Positions 1 to 13,747 of a DNA stretch of 64,000 nucleotides are shown in pieces. Every line of letters begins with the position of its first letter. Position 1 is the first letter of the stretch. The notes below the pieces were generated by a model. It saw only the letters and a list, made by a program, of their open reading frames with translations, did not search any database and was not told where the DNA came from. The DNA comes from Octopus vulgaris (taxonomy: Eukaryota), in contig OX597831.1 of the NCBI GenBank assembly GCA_951406725.2, positions 61,876,001 through 61,940,000 on the forward strand, written 5' to 3'. The translations under genes and the position numbers were made by a program.

Positions 1-385
<385 letters not shown>

Positions 386-898
386 ATTTAGCAATTAAGG
401 ACAACTACTTAATAAGGAAAACTTTATATAAATTAATATGTTCAATAAGAAATAATTATTTTCGAAATTTTTTCTTTTATGAGGTTTTCACGCTATCTAC
501 CTGACAATTTGTTGTTAAGTTTTCCTTATTAAGTAGTTGTCCTTAATTGCTAAATTTTTATTCCGAAAAAACTTTACCTTTCCCGAAATGCAATTCGTAA
601 AAGTCGGCCATTTACCGGATGTAATATATGTAAACTCACCCATGTGCTTCGTTGAAGTTGATCAGTTAGCTGATCGGCTTGAGCGAGACAGGGTCGTTTA
701 TGTATGATACATCCAGGCCTGCTGATGAATACGTAAGTATGAAATCACTGTGATACATGTCTATATTTTTTAAATGTCTTACATTGAAAAATTGCATTCG
801 GTGGGATTAGTAATATTTTTGGTAGAAATGACTAATTGTCCCTCTTAGCGTGTGGAATGTATGTATAATGCCCTCTGGCATGTATGTATAATGCCCTC
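386..898 (+). mobile_element. Putative non-coding PLE terminal-repeat (pLTR) fragment with inverted 5' segment, between two (TA)n tracts
   Basis: 39-bp inverted repeat 386-424 / 517-555 (atttagcaattaaggacaactacttaataaggaaaactt); hammerhead motif at 720-757; TA tracts on both sides. Confidence 0.6.
720..757 (+). ncRNA. Minimal type I hammerhead ribozyme-like motif, canonical core
   Basis: CTGATGA(722-728), helix II ATAC-GTAA-GTAT, GAAA(741-744), quasi-palindromic helix III TCAC-T-GTGA, ATA cleavage triplet; only 2 bp of helix I are obvious. Confidence 0.6.
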
Positions 899-1085
<187 letters not shown>

Positions 1086-1387
1086 TACTTTTGTAGTTTC
1101 ACTAGATTAAAAGACCTGGAAACATAAATCATAGCGAAGCACAAATGTTTTTCTTAAACATTTCGCCCATATTTAAGAAGCACAGGAAACCTTCTTTTGC
1201 TTGAGATGCAAGATAAATTCGAATCTAAGCAGATTATTTACACACCAAACAATTGAATAACAGACTGCGTAGTAGAGTATATATGCTGAATATTCACAGA
1301 ATTTCATTGTCTTCCATTTTCTGTCTACGTCAAAACGAATATCTGCTTCTCTATATAATTTCACATACGCACGCGCGTGCATATAAG

Positions 1388-1510
1388 ATAGGGTACCCAA
1401 AACAAACCGGAATTTTGCAATATTATTTTATTCATTTAGTTTTACATGTTTACACTTTTATCGCCTTCAAAGTATTCTCCATTTGAAGCAATGCATCGGT
1501 ACAGATGTTG
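1388..1510 (-). mobile_element. Mariner 3' end remnant
   Basis: Minus strand translates HLYRCIASNGEYFEGDKSVNM*, a typical mariner transposase C-terminus, followed by TIR-like agggtacccaaaacaaaccggaat. Confidence 0.65.
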
Positions 1511-1561
1511 TGTTCTGTTTGATTTTTCTTAATACTAATAGATTTTGCATGTTTAATTCCC

Positions 1562-2045
1562 TTAATTTATGAGTAGAATTGGGTAGTGCTTCTCCTGAAG
1601 TACCTTTTTAAGCTCTTGTAATCTTTTGGTATTTTTTCGGATACTATGGTGCAGATCCTTCTTGCAAGGTTGAAAGGGGATATTCGTTTTGATATGTCTC
1701 GGGTGAAATGAGCTAAATAGTAGGTATTGTTTAGCGTCTGTGAACTCGTAAAAACTGTCCGTTTCTATTTTTTGGTTTATTTGTATAATCAGTATGTCAA
1801 GGAATGGGAGTTCCGCGCGGCTGTGTTCTATTGTGAATTGTATGTTGGTGTTAATGTTATTGAGAAATCTTTTGAAATCCAGGAATTTATCTATGTTTAA
1901 ATTGCAGAGGATGAAGCAGTTGTCCAAAAAATCTTTTCCGGTTGTACTTTTAAGTATTTTTATGTATTGGAACAGAGTGTTTCCAAATTTTGAAAATGAC
2001 TCCTGATATTTTGTTATTTCTAAATAGACCATCGTTAGATTGGCA
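1562..2045 (-). pseudogene. Penelope-like retroelement reverse transcriptase fragment
   Basis: FLDNCFIL (degenerate xxDD motif), NINTNIQFTIE, ELPFLDILI, TDAKQYLLFSSFHPRHIKTNIPF are typical PLE RT palm/thumb motifs; frameshifted. Confidence 0.85.
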
Positions 2046-2059
2046 ATGGTTCTCTGAAC

Positions 2060-2175
2060 AGGGATAGCCTCAGTTTTGGAGATGCAAAAAACACTCTATT
2101 TATTGATTACCTCCAAAAGGACCACACCATCAATGGAGAGTACTATGCCAACTTGCTGAGGCAGTTATGAAAGTA
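2060..2175 (+). mobile_element. Mariner transposase internal fragment
   Basis: Translates, with a frameshift, to ASV..DAK..LFIDYLQKDHTINGEYYANLLRQL. Confidence 0.75.
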
Positions 2176-2539
2176 TATTACGAGTGGAAATAGACTTTAA
2201 AATAAGTGCTTAATAAACCGGAGTACAATTGTCTCTAGAAATTTGATGGCTTCTTTCATAGTATTAATTGGAATATTACTCTACCAAAGAACAGATTAAA
2301 TTGATTCGAATGTGCTTCCTTTCATATGCAGCCGTGGCACTAGAAATGTTTTTCTCTATAGCAAAAGAAGTAACTGTTAATAGCAGTTACATATGTTGCT
2401 TTGTTTGTTTATGATTTTGTTTCCAAAGAGTACCAAGCCACTAGAATCACAATCCTGTCCCGGTAATGTGTATATGTATTTTAATAAATAGTCAAAGTAG
2501 TTGCTCAGTGTAGAGACTGTGCAGTGGTCAGAAGTTGGC

Positions 2540-2815
2540 TGATAGTGTAGGATGCCGACTTGCACCCTGTTTTAACATCAAGAAAGAAGCTGAGCAAAGG
2601 AACATTGTTTTCAAGAAGTCGAAGAATTTTAAAAAAAACGAGACAGCTGCTCGCTATCCCAAAACAGTGTTCCAGGAAGGCTTCAATCATTGGAAACTAC
2701 GCTGGATAAAGTGTGCGGCTTCAGAATGGGACTAGTTTGAAGGAAATTTAAATGCTGAATTGATATGTGCTCTAGTTTTCTTTTCATAGCACAAGACATG
2801 AAATCAGACCACGTA
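2540..2815 (+). mobile_element. Mariner 3' end remnant
   Basis: FQEGFNHWKLRWIKCAASEWD*FEG matches the mariner C-terminus; terminal cagaccacgta resembles a TIR end plus TA. Confidence 0.6.
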
Positions 2816-4423
2816 TGTGGTGTGTGTAAATATGTATTTATGTCTATGTACATAAATATAGAATGAAATCTGTTTAGTTTTACGACAAGGTTGGTTAGTA
2901 TAGCACACAAATTGCCGTTTCATTGTAATTGTTACTGATATCTGAAAACACAAGTGTTGAATTAAGATGTCAACTCGGTGGTTCCGTATCTACCAAAAAC
3001 GCAAAAGTTTTACAAATATTTACTTCAAGCTTTAATAGAAGAAGATAAAGCATCTCAGAGATTTTCTGAAGAATCTTACAAAATCAAAGGTAATGTTTTA
3101 AAGAACAGTATTTCTGATGGTTTCAGAAGATTTATTCTGCTACACATTCTTATTATACTTAGACACACTCATACACACGCGTGCTCACCTGCACACACAC
3201 ATTTCCACTTATACACCTTCATACAGATATCGATATTAGATACTGGTTGCTATAATAACTATAAACATTGAACAAACATTTCTTGTTTAATACTTCGTCT
3301 TGATGTAATTATGTGTTACACGTGCGTGCGAAAGTAATCTTGTTAAGATCTCTTAAATATGTAATTTTAAGTTATGATTTTAAATCTCACAAGTGTTAAC
3401 ATAAACTATCCATCCCACATAAATCGATAACATAATGAAGCTGTATAACATTATCAGTTTTGATTTATTCAATTGTTCTTGCAATCAGCTCTGTGTGAAC
3501 TGCAAGTACAATATCGGTCTGAAAGTTATAGAACCTCACATAAAATAAAAAGAACCGCCGCTGAAATAAATATACTTTATGTTTCTACAAACAATACAAG
3601 AAATATCTTTCATAACAATGTACAACCTAATAGAAACCTATCCTCTGTATATATTCAATGTATCTCTGAATAATGTTTCGCTTCCGTGTAGGAGTTTCTG
3701 TCCTAAGCTGCAGGTGATGTGTTAAGCTACAGATTGTTAGTCAATAGAAACTGCATTGTTCTTAAGTATGGTGCATTACATGACTTTGTATACATTAGTA
3801 ACTCCTTAAATGAATTGTTATTTATGTGAATAGTTTTCAGATACATTTTTCTCATGCTTTCTATTAATGGTTTCATAACACGTATATATTAACGAAACTC
3901 CAGTTCGGAAATTTGTACTGATTCAACACGCTTTACAATTTTCTGAAGTGTGATATATTTTAATCATTTTTCAAATTTAACCGTGTTCTATTTTCACTGC
4001 ATGTAATTTATCGAAAATTTATACAAAATTTAATAGCATATTAAATAGGTGATAAAACCATTTATTCGAATGTCTGATACTAGTTTTGAGTTCACAAATA
4101 TATTGTAGGTAAGCTTCCCATTCCAGTATTTTTACTTCGTTCATTTACAAATCCATAATTTAGTAGCAAGAATCTAGAGCGAACACATCAGTACTTTTGG
4201 TAATTAAGAAGAATTTTCAATACTCGATATATTTTTTAGTTTCAATTCCACTACAGCCTTCACTGTCTGCAAAAAACGTTTGAATGTTCCTACCGAGATC
4301 TAAACTCTTCATCTTTCTGTGTCTCTGTCTGCCTCTCTCTCTCTCTCTCTCAGACATCTTAAAATTCATTCGTAAATGGTAGAAAAAAACTACATGTGCT
4401 ACTTTCTGGTATAGTAATATAAA

Positions 4424-4733
4424 AGGTTAAAGACCCCCTTCGGCCATTTATGACCATGGGATTGCAGCTAGAGTGTTACCCTCCGAGGCACAATTCCGGG
4501 CAAGGTTATTTATAGAAGACCAACAGTCACCCATGCATATCAGCCGCCCCTCTCCACGCCACATATGTTATCCAAAGGAAAGTCAAATGCTGATAGAGCT
4601 TGGCACCTGTGACGTCGCAACTAATTTCTACAGCTGACTGAACTGGAGCAACATGAAATAAAGTGTCTTGCTCAAGAGCACAACACACAGCCCCGTCCGG
4701 GTATCGAATTCACTACCTTATGATTATGAGCCA
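4424..4733 (-). mobile_element. tRNA-derived SINE with CORE-like centre
   Basis: Shares ctggagcaacatgaaataaagtgtcttgctcaag with the SINEs at 7200 and 54385; has a different 3' tail. Confidence 0.8.
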
Positions 4734-7199
4734 TATATTGCCGTAGTAATCTACAAATAAAATGACCGTAGTTATGACAATATGTTTTGCATATGAGAAA
4801 TCATTAGTCAAAGCAGTTGACATTCGTTGAAATAAAACGCTTGTTGCGTGCAAAACCTGACGTCGATGAATAAATAGTATTGACTGTGTAAACTGTAGCA
4901 GTATCAATGAGATACAGCAATGCCAGACACTAAGACTATCGAATAGAAATATTGATTCATTCTGATTCACTTCGAGACCAGTTTGTTTATTGTAGGGTTA
5001 TATAGACGAGTGAATTGTCGTAATATCTTGCTAAGACATTGTATCGATTTTGGATGCAAACTAACCATGATGGTATTTGAATACAGAACTAAGAGAAAGT
5101 AAATACTTCTAATAATTTTGTCCGGCATTGTGCAGAGTATGCCGGCACAGCTTTCCTCCAGACAACTGGTTAAAATACTTCTAAATGCTAAATGTGAGAT
5201 GGACCATGTGATGTAGAACAATATGAGAATGTATAAACAGTGGTAGTTTCGTTGGATAGTTGTTATTGGTAACAGTGAAAGGTTGTCCAGCATGTTAGGG
5301 GAATTTAAAGTTATCTTGTATTTTTTTTAGTAATGTTAGTTGTAGCTACTTTTGGATTTATATCTCGAAACTACGCTAGAACCTGCATCTGAAATTACTA
5401 ACAACATTTGAACGTCTGCTATAATCGTAGAAAAAATGATCACGCTATATGATAGCACCAGAACGGCTCATAATTGATTGATGAAGAGTATTTGTAGATA
5501 CTTGCTGTAGGATTTCAAAGTGGTTTTTAGGTCACATATAGGTCAGAAGTCTTAAATCAATAAGGTATACAGTCTTCTGAATCTGTACTGGATTCTTCCT
5601 GAAGCGCAGACTAGTTACGTGAATTTCGAGTGTTTCCCGGTCGCTGATTAATTTTGTGCTCCAGCAGGAGTCTTTTGTAAAGAGAATAAGATACTATCCC
5701 TTCGTTTTGATTTGGTGCAGTCCGTATAAAGCACAGGCTCGCACTGCATTTGTGAAATGAGTATAGCTGAGCACTGTGAAAAACGAAAAAGAAAACTGAT
5801 ATAAGTAAGCCAGGATAACTGTCCTATTTAGAGAGGTGCGAGAAATAACCAAATTGCTAAATGTCAAAATGTTTACTAACTTTCACTCATTTGAATGATA
5901 ATTATTTTCGATAGCCTTTACTTAAATGTGTATTTTAAAGGATAAATACGAGTATATAACGTTGAGATGAGTGGCCGCTTCATGAAAATTATAAAATAAG
6001 TTTAAAATGTTCATGTTATCTCTTCTTCAGAAATAAAAGTACAAAATTAATATTTAATATATATAATCTTTCGGTCAATTTGATCACTGATTCTCTATTT
6101 CAAGATGGATTAAATTCAGGAATCATAGTTTTGAACTTAAAACTAAAAAAACAGTCTGTCTTATTTACATGTGGATGCACCAGTGGATTAGAGATTAAAA
6201 CCGGTAAATTAATTCGAAAAGGAATTCAGAACCATCCAGATTTTCCTAAATGCTGGATTTAATCCCGACTTTTTCGTGCGTAACGTTTGGGTTATTAATC
6301 CTTATGTAGTGAGTTAATATTTGCTGCACGAATTTCGCAGACACGCTGGAAAGGAACTAAATTCTACTTACCTTCGCTCAACTAGTTGTCGGAGAAATGA
6401 AGTAGGCTTTACAGAAAGAGTTACCGATGTTAGACTACAATTCGTTTCGGTTCGCGAGGATTAATAATATCGCATATGCTTAATATTACAACTGCTGTTG
6501 ATCCTTGTAGTGACCGAAGGATTACTTCTTCATGTTCAGCACAAGGAAGAAAAACAGAGTCATCGTTCAAAGTGTTACAACTGAAGAAAGCAAATGCAAT
6601 GCACAACCACAGGAAACTTTGTTAGAAATTAATACAAAATCATTGCTTCGTATAATGAACTTTACAACAAAGTTAGACGTCCGATCCACTAACAATATCA
6701 TCCGATAATGCTTATCGAACTTGGTGTATTTTTTTCCATTAAGATAGTGAACGCAATTATATGCGGTAATATAAAAATGGAAATCAGAGATTGCGTGAGT
6801 GGCAATCATTTATAAAATACAAAAATGAGAAATGCAATCTACTGAAGCGGTGGATAGAGTCCGTTAGATAAAAGGATGATATAGAAGTAGGATGAGACTG
6901 GAAAACGAAAATCCATTAAAACAGAAATAAGGATGGGAAAATACTTCAAAGAATGAACATGAGTAGTTAAAAATAAAATGTAGTAGGAGACAAAATATAG
7001 ATAAACAATATGGCTGTGATATTAAATAGATATTTAAATGGTGATAATTCAATGTTTATAGAAAATGAAGAAGATAATTGGTTCATGCAAAGTGTTAATT
7101 AAGGAGTGTTTGTTGTTTGTGCGAGTATATAAAGGAGATACTGATGAGATATAGTTAAGTGTATTTTAACTAATTCCAAACAGAATAATATATTACGCG

Positions 7200-7526
7200 T
7201 GAGGGCGCGTGGCTTAGTGGTTAGGGCATTCGGCTCATGATCGTAAGGTGGTGAGTTCGATTCCCGGCGACGCGTTGTGTCCTTGGGCAAGACACTTTAT
7301 TTCACGTTGCTCCAGTCCACTCAGCTGGCAAAAATGAGTTGTACTTGTAATTCAAAGGGTCAGCCTTGTCACTCTCTGTGTCACGCTGATTATCCCCGAG
7401 AACTACGTTAAGGGTACACGTGTCCGTGGAATGCTCAGCCATTTGCACGTTAATTTCACGAGCAAGCTGTTCCGTTGATCGTATCAGCTGGGACCCTCGT
7501 CGTCGTAACCGGCGAGTCTTTAAAAA
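7200..7526 (+). mobile_element. Full-length tRNA-derived SINE with target-site duplication
   Basis: A box TGGCTTAGTGG, B box GTTCGATTCC, CORE-like tgtgtccttgggcaagacacttt, A-tail; 13-bp TSD aatatattacgcg at 7187-7199 / 7527-7539. Confidence 0.92.
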
Positions 7527-9204
7527 AATATATTACGCGCTAACATTCAGGAACTTCTGAATTTAACACATTTAAATAAATGCATCCCATTCTTTTGTTA
7601 TGTAAGAGAGTTCCATCATGTATGGGCTTTACATGTGTTATTCTATGGATTTATGAAAATTTTATTATCTTCTATAAGGGAGTTTGGGTGATCAAAATTC
7701 TTCATAAACTGATGTCTTAAAGGTAGCCGCCCTATATATTGAAAATATGATATAATTTGTGTTGCCAGGTAGTTTTGATTATAGTCAGCCGTTATATAGT
7801 TCGCTATATAAAGACTGTAGCCAGAAATAATATTTATAACTTAATTACAATATACCTCTTTTATCAAATCTTGTCATCATCAAGAGAGTTCGTTACACAA
7901 AAAGTACCTACTTTTGTTTTGGTCAAAGATATCTACACCTAATGAAACACAAAGCAATTTTATTGAATGCAAACTACTGTAAATAAAGTCTCTTAGATTT
8001 ACAAGTTATAACAGATCAAATAATCTGCAAACTATATTTTAAAATCCTTTTCATATCAAGAATACATGATTCATTTTCAATAGTCCACTTGTAGAATAAA
8101 AGCATTGACATCCACAATACTAATTCTTTATTTTAATCATTACTTATCTCATATACCAGAAATCAAAAGTAGAATGTTCGGATAAACATAAAATCATTCC
8201 TGCATAAGTACAAAATCATTATATAATTAAATCGACATTCTATAAAAATGAAATATTTCTATTTTTATACGATTTCGATAGACCGTTAAATTTCTCATTG
8301 GAAAATTATATACATGTAATTCTCTCAAGCATACTGGATGTATTAAAAGTTTCTATGAAGTACATCAATATGAATATTGACTAGAGGAAACTAATAATGT
8401 ACGTGAGAAAAGACAGAAAAGTACTTCTAAATTTACTCGGTGAATTTCTCTATATTATCGTCTGAAGATTTATTCTTTTAATGGAGAATTTCCAAAACAT
8501 TTCCAGGGTAATTTTTAAAATTATATTCCGGGAAACTATTAGCAAATATAATATAAAATAATTCCTTTTTATGTACTTGGCATTACAGATAGATGAGAGA
8601 ATATTGCATTTATGTACTTGTTTATGCTTATGCCTTCTGTAATAAGTATTTATTAACGGCAGTGGCGGTATTAATATAGAGAGGTAATATTTATTGCCAC
8701 TTAAACGTGGATGTTCTGTTAAAATACACTTTACTGCAGTGGTTATCATGGAGGATAAATATTACCTCTTTGTAATAAGTGTTGTGTAGATTAATAAACA
8801 GTGAAGTTTTGGCGCAGATTCTCTTTAGTATTGATACCCGATCGTAGGCGACAAATATGGAAGACTGAAATTTCTCACATATATAGTAATATCTACCATA
8901 TGTAAAAGCATTACAGTTTGTAACAACTGGGCTGTTTTGTGTGAACTTAGGACAGCAAGCAATACAATGCATAAAGTATGAATCCATGAGCTGGTTGTGT
9001 TCGTGTTCGAAGTTAATTGTCTTAGATTGTATCATAAATGGCCATCAGCCTCATAAACATCCTCACACGTAATACAAACTTCTTTTAAATAATAATAAAG
9101 TAATTATTTCTGAGAATGATACATTTAACCCACTACAGCTTTTGAAATCACGCAGACACATACAAACACACTCACACATCACATACATATGTAAGGTATA
9201 TGCG

Positions 9205-10030
9205 TAAGGTAGTTGGGGATATACTTATTTTGGGGTCATTGCAGCATTTTTTGCTAACTCTGTATAATCTTTGTTTCAGAATATAATAATGGCAGACCCT
9301 CAGCTTTCTCAAGAAAGGAAGAGGCATGCTGTTATTGTGGCTATAAAGGCTGAGCATAGCGATTTATAGATATCTCGATTTTTAAATGTTGACAGATCTT
9401 TCGTCTACAAAGTTTGTAAGGAGATAGAGACTGAAGATGGAAACGTATCACAATTATCAAAGCGTAAAACGCATTCTAAACGCCCTGAAATCATCAGAAC
9501 ACCTGCCTTTGTCCAGCATGTCCAACAGACCGTTGATTACAATCCCAGAAAGTACATGAGGTAAATTGCAAAAGATCTCCATATGTCAGAAATGTTGTCC
9601 AAGAAGACATCAGATATAATTCTTATATGATGAGGAAAGGTCAATTTGTCAGAAAAAAAACAAAGAAAATAACTACATCAGATCTAAAAGGCTCTGAAAC
9701 AAACTGAAAACTTCAGCAGAAGAAGATTTGAATTGGATTTTCTCAAACGAGAAAAAACTTCGACCAAGATCAAAAATTAACAGAAGAAATGACAGATGGT
9801 TATGTGTAGAGTCTTCTGAAGTTCCAAGTGTTATACATATAAAGTTTCCTGCAACTGTCCTGGTTTTAGGGGTTGTCAACAATGAAGGACATGTGATGCC
9901 TCCTTCTTTCCACAAGGCCTTAGAGTTAAATCTGCCGCCTACATTGAGGTCCTGGAAACAATTATCAAGCTCTGGATAGACAGTGTATGCATACATGGTT
10001 CTAGTAACACAGGAATGGACGGCTGAAAAA
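9205..10030 (+). mobile_element. Degenerate Tc1/mariner transposase, maT/DD37D-like, 3'-truncated
   Basis: From ATG 9289: MADPQLSQERKRHAVIVAIKA..ISRFLNVDRSFVYKV..IRTPAFV..NPRKYMR*IAKDLHMS, then WIFSNEK, NRRNDRWLC, KFPATVLVLGVVNNEGHVMPP; contains stops and frameshifts. Confidence 0.8.
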
Positions 10031-10203
10031 CGAAGCAAAAACGGAGGAGAGGTGTGAGATGAGGGAGGAGAGAGACGTGAAAAAAAAAGAGAATAGCTTG
10101 AGAATAATGGTTCCAGTGAAACATTAGAAGAAAAGGTATTTACATAAATGGAATAAGAAAATGAATTAATGGATTATGCAGAAAGATAAGAGGAAAGTGG
10201 TAG

Positions 10204-10606
10204 AGGTGTCGGAGTGGCAGTGTAGTAAGTAGCTTGCTTACGAACCACGTGGATCCGGGCTCAGTCCCATTGTGTGGCACCTTGGAAAAGTGTCTTCTAC
10301 TGTAGCATCGGGCCGACAAAAGCCTTGTGAGTGGATTTGGTAGACGGAAACACACATGCATATATATATAAATATGTATGTGTGTGTATGTGTTTGTGTG
10401 TCTGTGTTTGTTCCCCCCCACCAACATCGCATGACAGCCAATGCAGGTGTGTTTAGGTCCCCGTAACTTAGCTGTTCGGCAAAAGAGACCGATATAATAA
10501 GTACTGGGCTTACAAAGAATAAGTCCTGGTGTCGATTTGCTCGACTAAAGGCGCTGCTCCAGTATGGCCACAGTCAAATGACTGAAACAGTAAAAGAGTA
10601 AAAGAT
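10204..10606 (+). mobile_element. SINE family with internal (TA)/(TG) tract
   Basis: Homologous to copies at 22665, 24375, 38995 and 50153 (ccttgtgagtggatttggtagacggaaac ... aaatgactgaaac). Confidence 0.85.
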
Positions 10607-10616
10607 ATATATGTAT

Positions 10617-10674
<58 letters not shown>

Positions 10675-13183
10675 GTAGGTACGTGATTCTAAATATATAT
10701 GTGCGTGGTTGTAAATTCCTCTGCACAGTAACAAAACAAAGACTATCCAAGTGATATGTAGCTCAATGATGCCTTATATGAATACACGTCTCAGTTCTTC
10801 AATATTGGTGTCTATAGAATTCTTAATGTAGTGAACGAAGAAGAGAATCTTAAGGCGAAGTACGAAAGTAAATCTCTTTATCTCAAATTTCTTAAAGTAT
10901 TTCTTCAAAAATCTTTGAATAGATGATTTTATGCACGTACTAATACTTCATACATCGTAGGTTAATGGAAATTCAAACCAACCAAAGTATTTTACTAAAG
11001 AATGGTGTTTCTGCAACTAATATTTGGTGTAGCGGCTTACCTTAAGTTTTGGAATGGGTATTGAATTTGTTCTGCAATTTACAAATGGGTAACTGAAGGT
11101 TAATCGATTTTGTATTGACTTATCACTAACTTGCTGGATTACCATTTGCTCAGAAATATTTGTAGTATTAAGTAATAAATCTGGTGCTACAAGCCTGAGT
11201 CTTAAAGAATAAAATAAATATTGAAATTGACGTAAAATCTCTCTGAGTTATACAATCATACACCCAAGCAAAATTACATTCTTAATATAGACAAGATTGC
11301 TTACCTGAAACAGTGAGTCGAGGAAGGAGTGAACGCTCTCCATCTTTTTCTCTGTTTACCTTCATTAAAATTTTGCCCATTCTGGCGATATATCTTTAAT
11401 TTCCAACTCTGAGAGTGAAATGAATGTATCAGGAAAGATGGATGTCTTGGAGTAACTTCTTGTACCCTACGACTACATTCCCATCAGCATAGAATATCTC
11501 CTAAAACGCATGCAAGCAAATGCGCGTGCGCGTAGAGGCAGAAGCACACTCTCACGCACGCACTTGAAATACCCACTAATAAGAGTTTCAAATCCGGAAA
11601 TACTGTCTGAGAATTAATTTTAGATAAAACATAATTATAACTGAACGTCAAGATAATGCATAATTATAAGACAGAAAGTAGTCTACCAAATATTTGGAAG
11701 ATCTTTTGTAAGAATGTATTGAAAGTAGGTGTTTGCTGTAAAAACTGACTCGTCTCACTCTTAATTAACATTGACAGAAACTCGGTGGTCGTTTTGCTCT
11801 GTAGCTTTAACTAAAATGGGAACAGTGATATAATTGGTATTTCTAGGCGTAAGCTATTAAAATATATCCACATTCAACACTGGGGATTCACAAATAGTTA
11901 TTTTGCTTAGGCAAATCATGCCATAATTTAGGGTATCAGGAGAGAACCAACATATATAAATTGATATATAAGATATTTTGGTAAAAGCAATTATATTATC
12001 ATTTATGTATTTTGAATTATTCCTTGTCATTCTACTCTTCTGTATATGACAGAATTATGTGAATATGATAGAGTGATAGTCAATAAAAACTCAGACTTAC
12101 AGTACAGCTTTGTGCCAAGTAACTAATTGCTTCATGTGCACTTATAACCTTTTAATACAACTGCCATTTCCTGTTAGTGCACTTTGTATAAATGTGTCCG
12201 TTGTTACGCTGGTTTTCGGTTATGACATTGACTTATTATTATATTGTGTTTTGTCCAAAAATCATGATGTTTCCAGTTCCTAATTACTACTAATAATAAA
12301 TATCCAATATGGCTATCTTATTCAGTATAGCAAGCAAATTGCATTCATTACAATATATATGTTCGAGAATATATACAAGCTATGTCTGTTTATTGGTATA
12401 CTGAAGTGTCGATTATAACAGAATGTCATTCGCATACAAGGTAAATTGCCCTCAAAAGTGTTTAACATACATTGCATTTATTTAAAGCCAAAATATATCC
12501 AAACTTTAATGCTAAAAGCTGAATTTCATGGTGGAACAATCGGCTTTTACAATTCACTGTTTACGGAATCTAAACATATTTTTGCCTAAGGCGATGAATT
12601 TGTCAATTTGAAAACCTAGGAAATGGAGTCTTTATGATATATTTTTAAATAAATTTTCTCTGTAAAAGAAAATAAAATTCCTACTGCATAAACCGTTCAT
12701 GTATATATCATTCTATCAGACTATCAGGAATTCTGCAACATATTACACTCGTATCATCAACGATGTAGAAAGAGATGAGCGCAAAAATATGTAGAGAGCG
12801 GGAAACAGACTAAAAGTTTAACAATAATACATTTAGGTGGAAATGATGAGATACTTTCCCTTAGCTATTCACCTGATCTACTAAGAATAGCACAAATACA
12901 TACATAAATACGTAGCATACTTACACACACAAACGCATGCATACACACATACACAGGTAAATTTTACACAGATAATTATAAGAAGAGTAATGGTGGTTGT
13001 TGTGGATGACTGTTATTGATCATGAAGTTTAAGTCCTTCATAAAGGACAAAACAATGGCTAAATGGTAGCGTATGGCCGCAATTAAAAGCGCTCAAATTA
13101 AATAATCATCGATAATTTGTTCCGAGTTCAAATGCTACCGAGGTATTTGTAATTTTGCTGTTGATAAAATGAATGACAATATA

Positions 13184-13414
13184 TATTTCTTTATTGCCCG
13201 CAAGGGGCTAAACATAGAGAGGACAAACAAGGACAGACAAACGGATTAAGTCGATTACATCGACCCCAGTGCGTAACTGGTACTTAATTTATCGACCCCG
13301 AAAGGATGAAAGGCAAAGTCGACCGCGGCGGAATTTGAACTCAGAACGTAACGGCAGACGAAATACGCCTACGCATTTCGCCCAGTGTGCTAACGTTTCT
13401 GCCAGCTCGCCGCC
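13184..13414 (-). mobile_element. Nin-domain-like tRNA SINE
   Basis: Contains the reverse complement of ggtcgactttgcctttcatcctttcggggtcgataaattaagtaccag; many copies in the window. Confidence 0.88.
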
Positions 13415-13497
13415 TCTGTACCCAGCTCGAACTGGAGACAACATAATTCTCTGTATCCATCCATTATTTTCAGAAATCAACATTGAAGGAGCGGTAA

Positions 13498-13700
13498 AGG
13501 CAAGCGAGCTGGCAGAATCGTTCTCACGCCGGGTGAAATGCTTAGCGGCACTTCGTCCGTCTTTACGTTCTGAGTTAAAATTCAGCCGGGGTCATAATTT
13601 CGGAGTCGACAGAATAAGAACCAGTTGGGCAATGGGATCCATGCAATCGACTTACCCCTTGCCGCTAAGTTATTGGCCTTGTGCCGAAATTTGAAACCAA
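13498..13700 (+). mobile_element. Nin-domain-like SINE, diverged
   Basis: Head ggcaagcgagctggcagaatcgtt..gaaatgcttagcggc..cgttctgagtt matches the family. Confidence 0.75.
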
Positions 13701-13747
13701 TATTAATGGAGTAGTAAACCAATGTTATATTTTTCGTGATTATTTTT

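Noticed and set aside
7200-7270. tRNA gene
   Set aside because: The tRNA-like head continues into a SINE body with tail and TSD; the same applies to 20030-20106 and 54640-54712
4750-12900. Host exons suggested by isolated splice-donor-like motifs (gtaagc ~5805, cttacc ~6367 and ~11301)
   Set aside because: No paired acceptor with a recognisable open frame; cannot be supported without transcript data
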